Source: Nitrosococcus oceani ATCC 19707
Lineage (GTDB): Bacteria; Pseudomonadota; Gammaproteobacteria; Nitrosococcales; Nitrosococcaceae
Direction of reading: 5' to 3'
DNA: 32,000 nt
NCBI RefSeq assembly: GCF_000012805.1
Contig: NC_007484.1
Span: forward strand, 3,150,001 to 3,182,000
Below are positions 10,905-19,177 of this stretch, one piece after another. The first letter of the stretch is position 1, and each line of letters begins with the position of its first letter. Position numbers and translations under genes: made by a program. The notes under the pieces were generated by a model. The model made no database searches. It was not told the DNA's origin and saw only the letters and a program-made list of their open reading frames with translations.

Positions 10905-11785
10905 AATACCTCCGGTGCGGCATGCCGCCTCAGCAGGTATTTTAAACGCCCTAGAGAACGGGTTGGGGGGGATTTCTCCATATCCAATAGGTCTTCAGCG
11001 TAGTCCCTGCCGGGGTAGTGAAATGGCACTGGCCCATCAGGCAACCCTCGCATGAACTGCTTAACAGCCGCAGAACAAGAACGATCAATCTCGCTAGGCG
11101 TGCCATGCTCCACTACTCGTCCCCCTGATAAGATGTAAATATAATCCGATATAAGAGTTGCCTCCTGGACATCATGAGAAACAATAATACTCGTTAGTCC
11201 AAGAGCATCGTTGAGCAAACGAATAAGCTGTACCAGAGTACCCATGGAGATGGGATCTTGGCCTGTAAAAGGCTCATCGTACATGATCATCATAGGATCT
11301 AATGCAACCGCCCGCGCTAATGCTACCCGCCGGGCCATACCCCCAGAAAGCTCGCTAGGCATGAGCTGGCGGGCACAACGCAGCCCCACGGCCTGAAGCT
11401 TGATAAGCACCAGATCATGGATCATGGCCTCGGATAAACGAGTATGCTCTCGCAATGGGAAAGCGACATTATCAAACACCGAGAGACCAGTAAGTAAAGC
11501 ACCTGTTTGAAACAACATCCCTATACGTTGACGCAAAGCATAAAGCTCCCCACTGGATAGCGCAGAAACCTGATGACCATCGACTTCCACCGTCCCTGCA
11601 TCAGGAGATAGTTGCCCCCCAATCAAGCGTAGGAGCGTGGTTTTACCTGTCCCGCTGGGCCCCATAATGGTGGTCACTTTACCTCGCTGAATGTCAATAT
11701 CTACCCCCTTGAAAATAGGGCGATTTCCGTGGGAAAAATGTAGCCCTCGGATCTTGACTAGCGGGGTATCCAGTTCTGCACTCAT
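10901..11785 (-). CDS. mlaF: ABC ATPase MlaF (about 25-aa longer C-terminus than E. coli MlaF)
   Basis: Walker [10 protein letters not shown], signature [14 protein letters not shown], Walker [13 protein letters not shown], and a C-terminal [16 protein letters not shown] motif typical of MlaF. Confidence 0.92.
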   Translation of the reverse strand: MSAELDTPLVKIRGLHFSHGNRPIFKGVDIDIQRGKVTTIMGPSGTGKTTLLRLIGGQLSPDAGTVEVDGHQVSALSSGELYALRQRIGMLFQTGALLTGLSVFDNVAFPLREHTRLSEAMIHDLVLIKLQAVGLRCARQLMPSELSGGMARRVALARAVALDPMMIMYDEPFTGQDPISMGTLVQLIRLLNDALGLTSIIVSHDVQEATLISDYIYILSGGRVVEHGTPSEIDRSCSAAVKQFMRGLPDGPVPFHYPGRDYAEDLLDMEKSPPTRSLGRLKYLLRRHAAPEVL

Positions 11786-12113
11786 ATCCTGATTTCGGTT
11801 ATATTCCCAATGTTATTCATAGCAGCTCGCAACGATTACTAGACTCGCCGCTCATCACCAAGCTTTAGTAATAATTTTCCTACTGACCTTACCCTTTAAT
11901 AGCCTCTCAAGTTTCATTGAGGTCCACGCCCAAGTCAAATGTCATTGCCTTACTATTTTAAAATATGCTCTTTAAAAGAGGGCCACTACGGGAACCGATA
12001 GCCATCCCCTATTAAAGGGTTGATCCCCCTTTCACCGCATGCGATGATTAAATTCGCTCAAAGCGCGAAAAATATAAGGTGAATAATCTTCTAAATCAAC
12101 AAAAAGCACAGCT

Positions 12114-12129
12114 TGGTACTCGAATTGCT
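12114..12129 (+). promoter_or_regulatory. Sigma54-type -24/-12 promoter-like element upstream of mlaA
   Basis: TGGTAC-tcgaa-TTGCT. GG (12115-12116) and GC (12127-12128) are exactly 12 nt apart. It lies in the intergenic region, oriented toward mlaA, about 95 nt before the ATG. Confidence 0.3.
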
Positions 12130-12133
12130 TTTC

Positions 12134-12160
12134 TTGACACTTCTAATCTAAGCCTAGAAT
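12134..12160 (+). promoter_or_regulatory. Sigma70-like promoter candidate for mlaA
   Basis: TTGACA (12134-12139), a 15-nt spacer, then TAGAAT (12155-12160). The hexamers are good but the spacer is short. Confidence 0.3.
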
Positions 12161-12222
12161 ATGACGATAAATGCAAGAATAAATTATGAGAGAGTCAATT
12201 TGAAGTTAAGTTGAGAGGAGTT

Positions 12223-13038
12223 ATGAACTATACATTTATAATGGCACTATGGGCCAAGCTCACGCTACTAGGAATACTCCTCGGCTTATCAGCTGGCTGC
12301 GCGACTAATGCTACCTATGATGCCTCCCATGACCCCTTTGAAGGCTTTAACCGCGCCATTTATAAATTTAATGATACCGCCGACCGCTATGTCATGAAGC
12401 CCATTGCAAAGGGCTATGATAAAGTCGTGCCTACCCCGGTTGACAAAAGTATTACTAATTTTTTTAGCAATCTTCATGATTTGGTTGTTGGCGTAAACAG
12501 CATCTTTCAAGGTAAATTCCACCAGGGACTAACAGATTTTGCTCGATTCCTAGCAAATAGCACTGTGGGGATTGGCGGTCTGTTTGATGTGGCTACTTCT
12601 GGCGGCATGGTTAAACACGACGAAGATTTTGGACAAACCCTAGGAGTCTGGGGATTTAATACTGGCCCTTATTTGGTTTTACCCCTCCTTGGGCCCAGTA
12701 ATATTCGAGATGGAATAGGGCTGGGAGTCGATGTGCTAGCCTGGCCTGTCACCTATATAGGAAATACCGGGATAGGGTTAGGGCTAGCAGGATTACGGAC
12801 CGTGGATCTCCGGGCGGATTTGCTTGAGGCGACCGATATTCTAAAGGAAGCCGCCCTAGATCCCTATGTCTATACCCGGGAAGCCTTTCTGCAGCGTCGT
12901 AAATTCCTGGTACACGACGGCAAAATACCTAAGGAAGAAGTACCTGAAGAGGAATTCGAATTCGATGAGGAAGAAGAGATATCTGAGGAACCTGCAGAGC
13001 CTTCTGCCCCATTTCCTCCTTATTTTCCAGGCCATTAA
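12223..13038 (+). CDS. mlaA: Outer-membrane lipoprotein MlaA (VacJ family) with acidic C-terminal tail
   Basis: Start moved to ATG 12223, with GAGAGGAG just upstream. Lipobox LLGLSAGC and VacJ motif DPFEGFNRAIYKFND are present. The C-terminal tail is EEVPEEEFEFDEEEEISEEP. Confidence 0.9.
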   Translation: MNYTFIMALWAKLTLLGILLGLSAGCATNATYDASHDPFEGFNRAIYKFNDTADRYVMKPIAKGYDKVVPTPVDKSITNFFSNLHDLVVGVNSIFQGKFHQGLTDFARFLANSTVGIGGLFDVATSGGMVKHDEDFGQTLGVWGFNTGPYLVLPLLGPSNIRDGIGLGVDVLAWPVTYIGNTGIGLGLAGLRTVDLRADLLEATDILKEAALDPYVYTREAFLQRRKFLVHDGKIPKEEVPEEEFEFDEEEEISEEPAEPSAPFPPYFPGH

Positions 13039-13139
13039 GGAATAGGCAAGCTTATTTTTAGATTCTTAAGATGAGGAAAGCCTTGGCTGCTAGGATTATC
13101 GTTAACCTAGCTGTCGTTCAAGAACTGTAACCTCCCTTG

Positions 13140-14132
13140 ATGCCTGTTGCATACAATGATGATATGGATAAGCGGCTTATTCAACTAGGAGCGGCTGTTA
13201 TCGACACTGAGGCCCATGCGATAGCAGCGCTACGAACGCGAATCAATGGGAACTTTGCTGCCGCCTGTAAATACATGCTGGCATGCGAAGGCCGTATCGT
13301 TATATTAGGGATGGGTAAATCAGGCCATATTGGCGGCAAAATTGCCGCTACTCTTGCCAGTACGGGTACGCCAGCTTTTTTCGTCCACCCTGGTGAGGCC
13401 AGCCACGGGGATCTGGGTATGATTACCGAAAAGGATGTGGTACTAGCACTGTCAAATTCTGGAGAGACGGAAGAAATCTGTACGATTCTCCCTCTCATCA
13501 AACGCTTAGGCGTTCCACTGATTGCCTTAACTGGCCAGCCCCGGTCAACTCTAGGAAAGGTTGCTGACATCCACATCGATATTAGCGTCGAAAAAGAAGC
13601 CTGCCCTCTCGGACTAGCGCCGACGGCCAGCAGCACAGCAACTTTAGCCATGGGCGATGCCCTGGCCATTGCCTTGCTGGAAAGCCGGGGGTTCACTGCA
13701 GAGGATTTTGCTCGTTCCCATCCGGGCGGTCGTCTGGGGCGCCGCCTCTTACTTCGCATTAGCGATATCATGCATAAAGGCGAGGAAATTCCGGCTATCC
13801 CAGAAAATGTGCTATTGAGCAGCGCTTTGCTAGAAATGACTCGCAAAGGGTTAGGAATGACGGCTGTGGTCAATGCTCAAAACCACGCCGTAGGAATCTT
13901 TACCGATGGCGATTTGCGTCGCGCTCTTGATCAGGGAATCGATGTCCATATTACCCCAATTGCCAAAATCATGACCGCCAATTGTAAAACCCTAGGTCCG
14001 GATCTGCTCGCCGCTGAAGCGTTGCAAATAATGCAGCGTCATCGTATTAATGCACTCCTCGTAGTAGACACTGAGCAACGCTTAATTGGCGCCCTCAATA
14101 TGCATGATTTGCTTCGAGCCGGTGTCTTGTAA
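13140..14132 (+). CDS. kdsD: Arabinose-5-phosphate isomerase (SIS + tandem CBS)
   Basis: The stretch GMGKSGHIGGKIAATLASTGTPAFFVHPGEASHGDLGMI closely matches my recollection of E. coli KdsD. A C-terminal CBS pair is present. The start is ATG 13140; the track used TTG 13137. Confidence 0.93.
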   Translation: MPVAYNDDMDKRLIQLGAAVIDTEAHAIAALRTRINGNFAAACKYMLACEGRIVILGMGKSGHIGGKIAATLASTGTPAFFVHPGEASHGDLGMITEKDVVLALSNSGETEEICTILPLIKRLGVPLIALTGQPRSTLGKVADIHIDISVEKEACPLGLAPTASSTATLAMGDALAIALLESRGFTAEDFARSHPGGRLGRRLLLRISDIMHKGEEIPAIPENVLLSSALLEMTRKGLGMTAVVNAQNHAVGIFTDGDLRRALDQGIDVHITPIAKIMTANCKTLGPDLLAAEALQIMQRHRINALLVVDTEQRLIGALNMHDLLRAGVL

Positions 14133-14152
14133 CAAATAACAGGATAAGCTCC

Positions 14153-14674
14153 ATGCATGAGGTATTTGCCAAAGCCTCGGCTATAAGACTCGCCCTTTTC
14201 GATGTAGATGGCGTACTCACCGATGGTGGCCTTTATCTTGACGATAATGGTCAGGAGTACAAAGTTTTTCATTCTCGCGATGGTCACGGCATGAAAATGC
14301 TGCAACATACAGGAGTTAAAATTGGAATTATTACGGGCCGGACTTCCCGTGTAGTCGAATACCGTATGGAAAATCTTGGAATTACTTTAGTGTACCAAGG
14401 CCAAAAGATTAAGCTCCCTGCCTACGAGCATCTGCTTGAGAAACTTAACCTTCAACCCCATGAGACTGCCTATGTGGGCGATGATGTAGTGGACTTGGCT
14501 ATTATGCGGCGAGTGGGACTCGCCATCGCAGTCCAGGATGCTCATCCGCTAGTCAAGCAGCACGCCCACTGGATTACTCCCCACCTTGGCGGCAAAGGTG
14601 CTGCGCGGGATGTCTGCGAGCTTATTATGGAGGCTCAAGGAACGCTTAAAGCCCAGCTGGAGAAATATTATTAA
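14153..14674 (+). CDS. kdsC: KDO 8-phosphate phosphatase (HAD family)
   Basis: 173 aa. HAD motif I LFDVDGVLTDG and the later motif YVGDDVVDL are present. Follows kdsD. Confidence 0.92.
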   Translation: MHEVFAKASAIRLALFDVDGVLTDGGLYLDDNGQEYKVFHSRDGHGMKMLQHTGVKIGIITGRTSRVVEYRMENLGITLVYQGQKIKLPAYEHLLEKLNLQPHETAYVGDDVVDLAIMRRVGLAIAVQDAHPLVKQHAHWITPHLGGKGAARDVCELIMEAQGTLKAQLEKYY

Positions 14675-14693
14675 ACTAACCCGCTCTTGGGGA

Positions 14694-15245
14694 ATGGTGG
14701 CACTAATGCTTATCGCTACTCTGACAGCCTGGGAGTTATTGCACGAAGAATCCGCGTATATTCCCAGAAGCGATCTGAATAAGCGCACCACCGATTACTT
14801 CATGGAGAAATTCACCTCGACGTTAATGGACCAACAAGGCCTACCTCTTTACCGGCTGGCAGGTACTCATATGGCCCACTACCTAGATAACGACACCATA
14901 GAAATTACGGCACCAGATGCCGTTTTTTATCAACAGGCTACAGCCCGTTGGAAAGTCGTGGCCGAACGAGGATTAACAAATAGCCAAGGTGATGAAATCG
15001 ATCTTCTAGGAGAAGTTATTATTCGCCAATTAGGAGCCGATTCAAAAACCAGTAATATGAAGATATTAACCCAAAATGTACGGGTTAAACCACGAATAAA
15101 GTATGCTGAAACCCAGCAACCGGTCACTCTGCTAAATAGCTTCGGAAAAACCCATTCCATAGGCGCTCGAGTCTATCTAAAAGATGGACGCATAGAATTA
15201 TTATCGCAGGTAAGAGGGAACTATGATCTGGCGCCTGAGCCTTAA
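14694..15245 (+). CDS. lptC: LPS export protein LptC
   Basis: N-terminal TM anchor (MVALMLIATLTAWELL) followed by a beta-jellyroll-like body. Sits in the conserved kdsC-lptC-lptA position. The start is uncertain: the ORF is open from 14586 (alternative ATG 14610), overlapping kdsC, and there is no clear SD for ATG 14694. Confidence 0.75.
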   Translation: MVALMLIATLTAWELLHEESAYIPRSDLNKRTTDYFMEKFTSTLMDQQGLPLYRLAGTHMAHYLDNDTIEITAPDAVFYQQATARWKVVAERGLTNSQGDEIDLLGEVIIRQLGADSKTSNMKILTQNVRVKPRIKYAETQQPVTLLNSFGKTHSIGARVYLKDGRIELLSQVRGNYDLAPEP

Positions 15246-16050
15246 ATTAACTGCTGTTGGGTTTATCATTAGCAGCAACTTAAGTATTATTGAAACCGCC
15301 CTGGCCCTATCTAGCGATTCCGAGCAACCCATTCATATTGAAGCTAATCGAGGGGAACTTGATGACCGCGAGCATGTTGCTGTTTACAGTGGCAATGTTC
15401 ATCTCACCCAGGGAACCCTGCGAATTGACTCTGATACGCTTACTATCTACTACACACCGGACAAAAAGCTTGAAAAGGCCGTTGCCGAAGGGCAGCCCGC
15501 CTGGTATCGACAACGGCCTGACAATAGCAATGAGGATATCCGGGCCAAGGCACTGCGGATGGAATACCATGCTGATACTGCGACCATCCATTTGTTGCAG
15601 AAAGCCCAGGTTTGGCAGGGCACCAATGAGTTCACGGGTGATCGCATCGTCTATGATACGGAACGCGATATTGTGAGGGGTGAAGGCTCCGAAACAGGAG
15701 TGGGACGAATCCATGTCACGATACATCCCGCCGATGATAGCCCATCAACCGGCGAATCTACTCCTGAGAATACAACCTCTACTACCTCGCCCCCGGAAAA
15801 TAAAAAGAATGATCGCCAGGAACTCACAGATGGGAGAACCACGACTTGGCTCAAGCTGCGTACCGGTCCCGGCACCGACTACCCTAAAGTAGCGCTTCTC
15901 CCACCTCGAACCCAGGTGGCAATCTTAGGGCGGCAAAAAAAATGGTTACATATCGCTACTCTGGTCAAGGGCGAATCAGTCGAAGGCTGGAGCCATATGG
16001 ACTTTATTCGATTATCCCCCAAGCGTGAAGATAACCGCATCGTCCCATGA
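15223..16050 (+). CDS. lptA: LPS transport periplasmic protein LptA (OstA-like) fused to S/T/P-rich linker and C-terminal SH3b-like domain
   Basis: Signal peptide ...IIETALA/LS. OstA/LptA body ([38 protein letters not shown]...). Linker at aa 169-204. The stretch [37 protein letters not shown]...EGWSHMDFI matches the bacterial SH3 (SH3_3) pattern. Total length is 275 aa, against about 180 aa for a typical LptA. Confidence 0.85.
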   Translation: MIWRLSLKLTAVGFIISSNLSIIETALALSSDSEQPIHIEANRGELDDREHVAVYSGNVHLTQGTLRIDSDTLTIYYTPDKKLEKAVAEGQPAWYRQRPDNSNEDIRAKALRMEYHADTATIHLLQKAQVWQGTNEFTGDRIVYDTERDIVRGEGSETGVGRIHVTIHPADDSPSTGESTPENTTSTTSPPENKKNDRQELTDGRTTTWLKLRTGPGTDYPKVALLPPRTQVAILGRQKKWLHIATLVKGESVEGWSHMDFIRLSPKREDNRIVP

Positions 16051-16772
16051 GCAGGCTGTCAGCCTATCACCTTGCTAAGTGCTACCAATCCCGCTGGGTA
16101 GTCAAGGATGTTTCTTTAGAGATTTCAAGCAGCCAGATCGTAGGCATCTTAGGTCCTAATGGCGCGGGTAAAACAACATGTTTCTACATGCTAGTTGGCT
16201 TAATTTCAGCCGACAGGGGTCTTATTTCTCTAGACCATCGCGATATCACGCATTATCCCATTCATCGCCGTGCTCGACTAGGGATCAGTTATCTTCCCCA
16301 AGAAGCTTCGGTTTTCCGCAAGCTGACAGTAGCTGAAAATATTATGGCCATTGTAGAAACTCGACGAAATCTTACAAAACCGGATCGTAAATGCCTTGTG
16401 AGCCAGTTACTGCGCGAGCTAAATATCACCCATATAAAAAATACCTTGGGCATGAGTCTCTCAGGCGGAGAGCGGCGGCGTGTTGAAATTGCCCGCGCGT
16501 TGGCGGTGGAACCACAGTTTATACTTCTAGACGAACCTTTTGCTGGCGTTGATCCTATTTCAGTACTCGATATTCAGGGTATTATCAGGCACTTAGCAGA
16601 ACGGGGGATTGGTGTTTTGATTACCGATCACAACGTCCGGGAAACCTTAGGAATATGCCAATATGCTTATATTGTTAATGAAGGTGAAGTGATTGCTAAA
16701 GGTAAACCCCAGGAAATTCTTGATAATGAACAAGTAAAGGAAGTGTATTTGGGGTACAATTTTTATCTTTAA
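16047..16772 (+). CDS. lptB: LPS export ABC ATPase LptB
   Basis: Walker [10 protein letters not shown], signature [15 protein letters not shown], Walker [16 protein letters not shown] overlap with lptA. Confidence 0.95.
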   Translation: MSRLSAYHLAKCYQSRWVVKDVSLEISSSQIVGILGPNGAGKTTCFYMLVGLISADRGLISLDHRDITHYPIHRRARLGISYLPQEASVFRKLTVAENIMAIVETRRNLTKPDRKCLVSQLLRELNITHIKNTLGMSLSGGERRRVEIARALAVEPQFILLDEPFAGVDPISVLDIQGIIRHLAERGIGVLITDHNVRETLGICQYAYIVNEGEVIAKGKPQEILDNEQVKEVYLGYNFYL

Positions 16773-16793
16773 CCCTTAATTATGGCATGTTTT

Positions 16794-16820
16794 TTGTCAT
16801 CTGATTAGTTGTAATATAAT
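16794..16820 (+). promoter_or_regulatory. Sigma70-like promoter candidate for rpoN
   Basis: TTGTCA (16794-16799), a 15-nt spacer, then TATAAT (16815-16820), ending 19 nt before the rpoN ATG. It overlaps a TGGCAT-N5-TTGT sigma54-like string at 16783-16797. Confidence 0.3.
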
Positions 16821-16838
16821 GGCAGGCAAATCTCAGGC

Positions 16839-18287
16839 ATGAAAACATCTCTTCAGTTACGCCTTGGGCAACAACTGACGATGACGCCCCAGTTGCAGCA
16901 AGCTATTCGTCTGTTGCAACTTTCAACCTTGGAACTACAAACCGAGATCCAGCAGGCATTAGAGTCTAATCCTCTGCTTGAGCAGAACGAAGAGGGGCAG
17001 GAGCCTTTAGAAGCCGATGGCTTAAAGAACGAAGCCCTTGATTCTGAAGGCAGTGAGTTAACTACTTCACTGGCGCAAGAGACAATCCCAGAGGAATTAC
17101 CGGTAGACACGAGCTGGAACGATATCTATGACAGTTTACCGTTGCCGGCTGCCTCTGGAAACGAATCTTCACCTGATCTAGAAAACCAAGACAAGGGGGG
17201 AGAAACCCTGCAAGAGCACTTGCTATGGCAGGCGCATTTGGCTATCACCAACGAGAAAGATTTTGTCATTGCGGCCACTATCATCGATTCGATTAATGAA
17301 GAAGGCTATCTATGCAGTACCTTTGAAGAAATACAAGAAAGTCTAGGAAAGGACATAGAGGTAGAACTTGATGAGATCGAAGTCATATTACACCAGATAC
17401 AAAACTTCGAGCCTTCTGGAGTTGGCGCACGTGACTTAGCTGAGTGTCTGTTGTTACAACTGAAACAATATCCTCCCACCACCCCTTGGCTAAAAGAAGC
17501 CAAGCTGCTCCTGTCCCAACATCTCATAACTCTGGGAAAACGGGACTATATGCAATTGATGCGGGTGATGAAACTATTAGAACAAGAACTACAAGCCGTT
17601 ATCCATTTAATCCAATCGCTCAATCCACGGCCAGGCCATCAAATACAGCCGAGTAAAACCGAATACGTTGTGCCTGATATCTATGTCACTAAACACAAAG
17701 GCTGTTGGCAAGTCGAACTTAACCCCGATACCGCCCCACGCTTACGGGTCAATAGCCAGTATGCTAGTCTTATCAAACGAGCCGACGATAGTCTCGCTAA
17801 TAGTTATCTCAAAAACCAACTCCAAGAGGCCCGCTGGTTTCTTAAAAGCCTGCATAGCCGCAATGAAACCTTACTTAAAGTCACCTGTTGTATTGTTGAG
17901 CGACAGCAGGGTTTCTTGGAACACGGCGAAGAAGCCATGCGTCCTTTAGTGTTACACGATATTGCAGAAGCAGTCTCCATGCATGAATCCACGATTTCTC
18001 GAGTCACCACTAACAAATACATGCATACTCCACGGGGAATATATGAACTAAAATACTTTTTTTCCAGCCATGTGGCTACCAGTAGTGGAGGAGAATGTTC
18101 CGCAACGGCCATCCGTGCTCTTATCAAGAAATTAATAGCCGCGGAAAAACCTCGCCAACCTCTAAGCGATAGTAAAATCGCCCAAATCTTGGCCGAACAA
18201 GGCATTAAAGTGGCGCGGCGTACTATTGCCAAATATCGGGAAAATCTAAGCATACCCCCTTCCAACGAGCGAAAACGCTTGATCTAG
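16839..18287 (+). CDS. rpoN: RNA polymerase sigma-54 factor
   Basis: 482 aa. Region [26 protein letters not shown], an acidic region II, and the C-terminal RpoN box [10 protein letters not shown]. Confidence 0.97.
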   Translation: MKTSLQLRLGQQLTMTPQLQQAIRLLQLSTLELQTEIQQALESNPLLEQNEEGQEPLEADGLKNEALDSEGSELTTSLAQETIPEELPVDTSWNDIYDSLPLPAASGNESSPDLENQDKGGETLQEHLLWQAHLAITNEKDFVIAATIIDSINEEGYLCSTFEEIQESLGKDIEVELDEIEVILHQIQNFEPSGVGARDLAECLLLQLKQYPPTTPWLKEAKLLLSQHLITLGKRDYMQLMRVMKLLEQELQAVIHLIQSLNPRPGHQIQPSKTEYVVPDIYVTKHKGCWQVELNPDTAPRLRVNSQYASLIKRADDSLANSYLKNQLQEARWFLKSLHSRNETLLKVTCCIVERQQGFLEHGEEAMRPLVLHDIAEAVSMHESTISRVTTNKYMHTPRGIYELKYFFSSHVATSSGGECSATAIRALIKKLIAAEKPRQPLSDSKIAQILAEQGIKVARRTIAKYRENLSIPPSNERKRLI

Positions 18288-18316
18288 ATAACGGCAAACA
18301 AAATAGGGAGCAGCCC

Positions 18317-18643
18317 ATGCAAGTAAATATCACTGGCAACCGCATTGAAATTACGCAAGCGCTACGCAGCTATATAGAAAATAAGTGCGAGCGTTTAGAA
18401 CGTCACTTTGACCAATTGATTCATCTTCATATAGTCCTCAGTGTTGAAAAAATGAGGCAGAAAGCGGAGGCAACCCTGCATCTTAGTGGTGCCAATGTGG
18501 TCGCTTCTGCTGAGGACGAAGATATGTATGCAGCCATAGATGATCTGACCGACAAACTAGATCGGCAAATAAAAAAGCACCGGGAAAAGCTAACCGACCA
18601 TCGCCGTAGCGAGGGAATAATGAAAAAACAGCAACAAGGATAG
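18317..18643 (+). CDS. hpf: Ribosome hibernation promoting factor (short HPF/YhbH type)
   Basis: 108 aa, MQVNITGNRIEITQALRSYIENKCERLERHF... GGGAG SD upstream. Sits in the conserved position after rpoN. Confidence 0.9.
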   Translation: MQVNITGNRIEITQALRSYIENKCERLERHFDQLIHLHIVLSVEKMRQKAEATLHLSGANVVASAEDEDMYAAIDDLTDKLDRQIKKHREKLTDHRRSEGIMKKQQQG

Positions 18644-18656
18644 GCAAACCAAGGTT

Positions 18657-19142
18657 ATGCAAATTACCAAGCTCCTTGGCTCCGATCAAGTTGCCGTCGG
18701 CACCCTTGCTAGCAGCAAAAAACGGGTTCTAGAACGGCTCAGTGAACTGCTCGCCCGAGGCGCGGATAACCTGAATGCAACGGATATCTTCGACTGCCTG
18801 CTTGCTAGGGAACGTCTTGGCAGCACAGGTCTAGGACATGGAATCGCCATCCCCCATGCCCGCATGAAAGGTAATCAACACACTTTAGCGGCTTTGATCT
18901 GCTTAGACCAGGGAATTGATTTCGATGCCGTGGATGAACAACCGGTAGATATATTCTGTGCTCTGTTGGTACCTGAAGAGTCAACACAAATCCATGTGCA
19001 ATTGCTCGCCCGGCTAGCAGAAATGTTTCGTGATCCGGAGCTATGCGCATATCTGCGAGAAGCTAAAGACCCAAATGTTCTCCTGGAAACTCTGAGAGAA
19101 TGGGAACGGAACTTCGCCCCCTCGAATGTTGCTACAAAGTGA
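18657..19142 (+). CDS. ptsN: PTS EIIA-Ntr
   Basis: 161 aa. Phosphorylation-site motif GHGIAIPHAR. Conserved position after hpf. Confidence 0.92.
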   Translation: MQITKLLGSDQVAVGTLASSKKRVLERLSELLARGADNLNATDIFDCLLARERLGSTGLGHGIAIPHARMKGNQHTLAALICLDQGIDFDAVDEQPVDIFCALLVPEESTQIHVQLLARLAEMFRDPELCAYLREAKDPNVLLETLREWERNFAPSNVATK

Positions 19143-19177
19143 GATTGCAGGGCGTGAGCGACCCTAATGAAAACAAA

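Noticed and set aside
13181-13873. 230-aa ORF antisense to kdsD
   Set aside because: It lies fully inside, and antisense to, a gene with unmistakable KdsD motifs. The product is A/P/R/S-rich low-complexity sequence typical of the shadow frame of a GC3-rich gene. There is no SD.
14586-14693. Upstream extension of lptC overlapping kdsC by up to 89 nt
   Set aside because: The extension would add a basic, non-conserved leader encoded in the kdsC shadow frame. I kept ATG 14694 just before the TM anchor but flag the start as uncertain, since ATG 14610 is possible.
14697-14712. TGGCAC hexamer at the lptC start
   Set aside because: No GC dinucleotide lies at the required +12 spacing (TA instead), and the hexamer sits inside coding sequence.
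15290-15892. Several 65-139-aa ORFs on both strands inside lptA
   Set aside because: They overlap the LptA frame, which has a signal peptide, OstA-like body and SH3b-like tail. They show no independent start signals or recognisable motifs.
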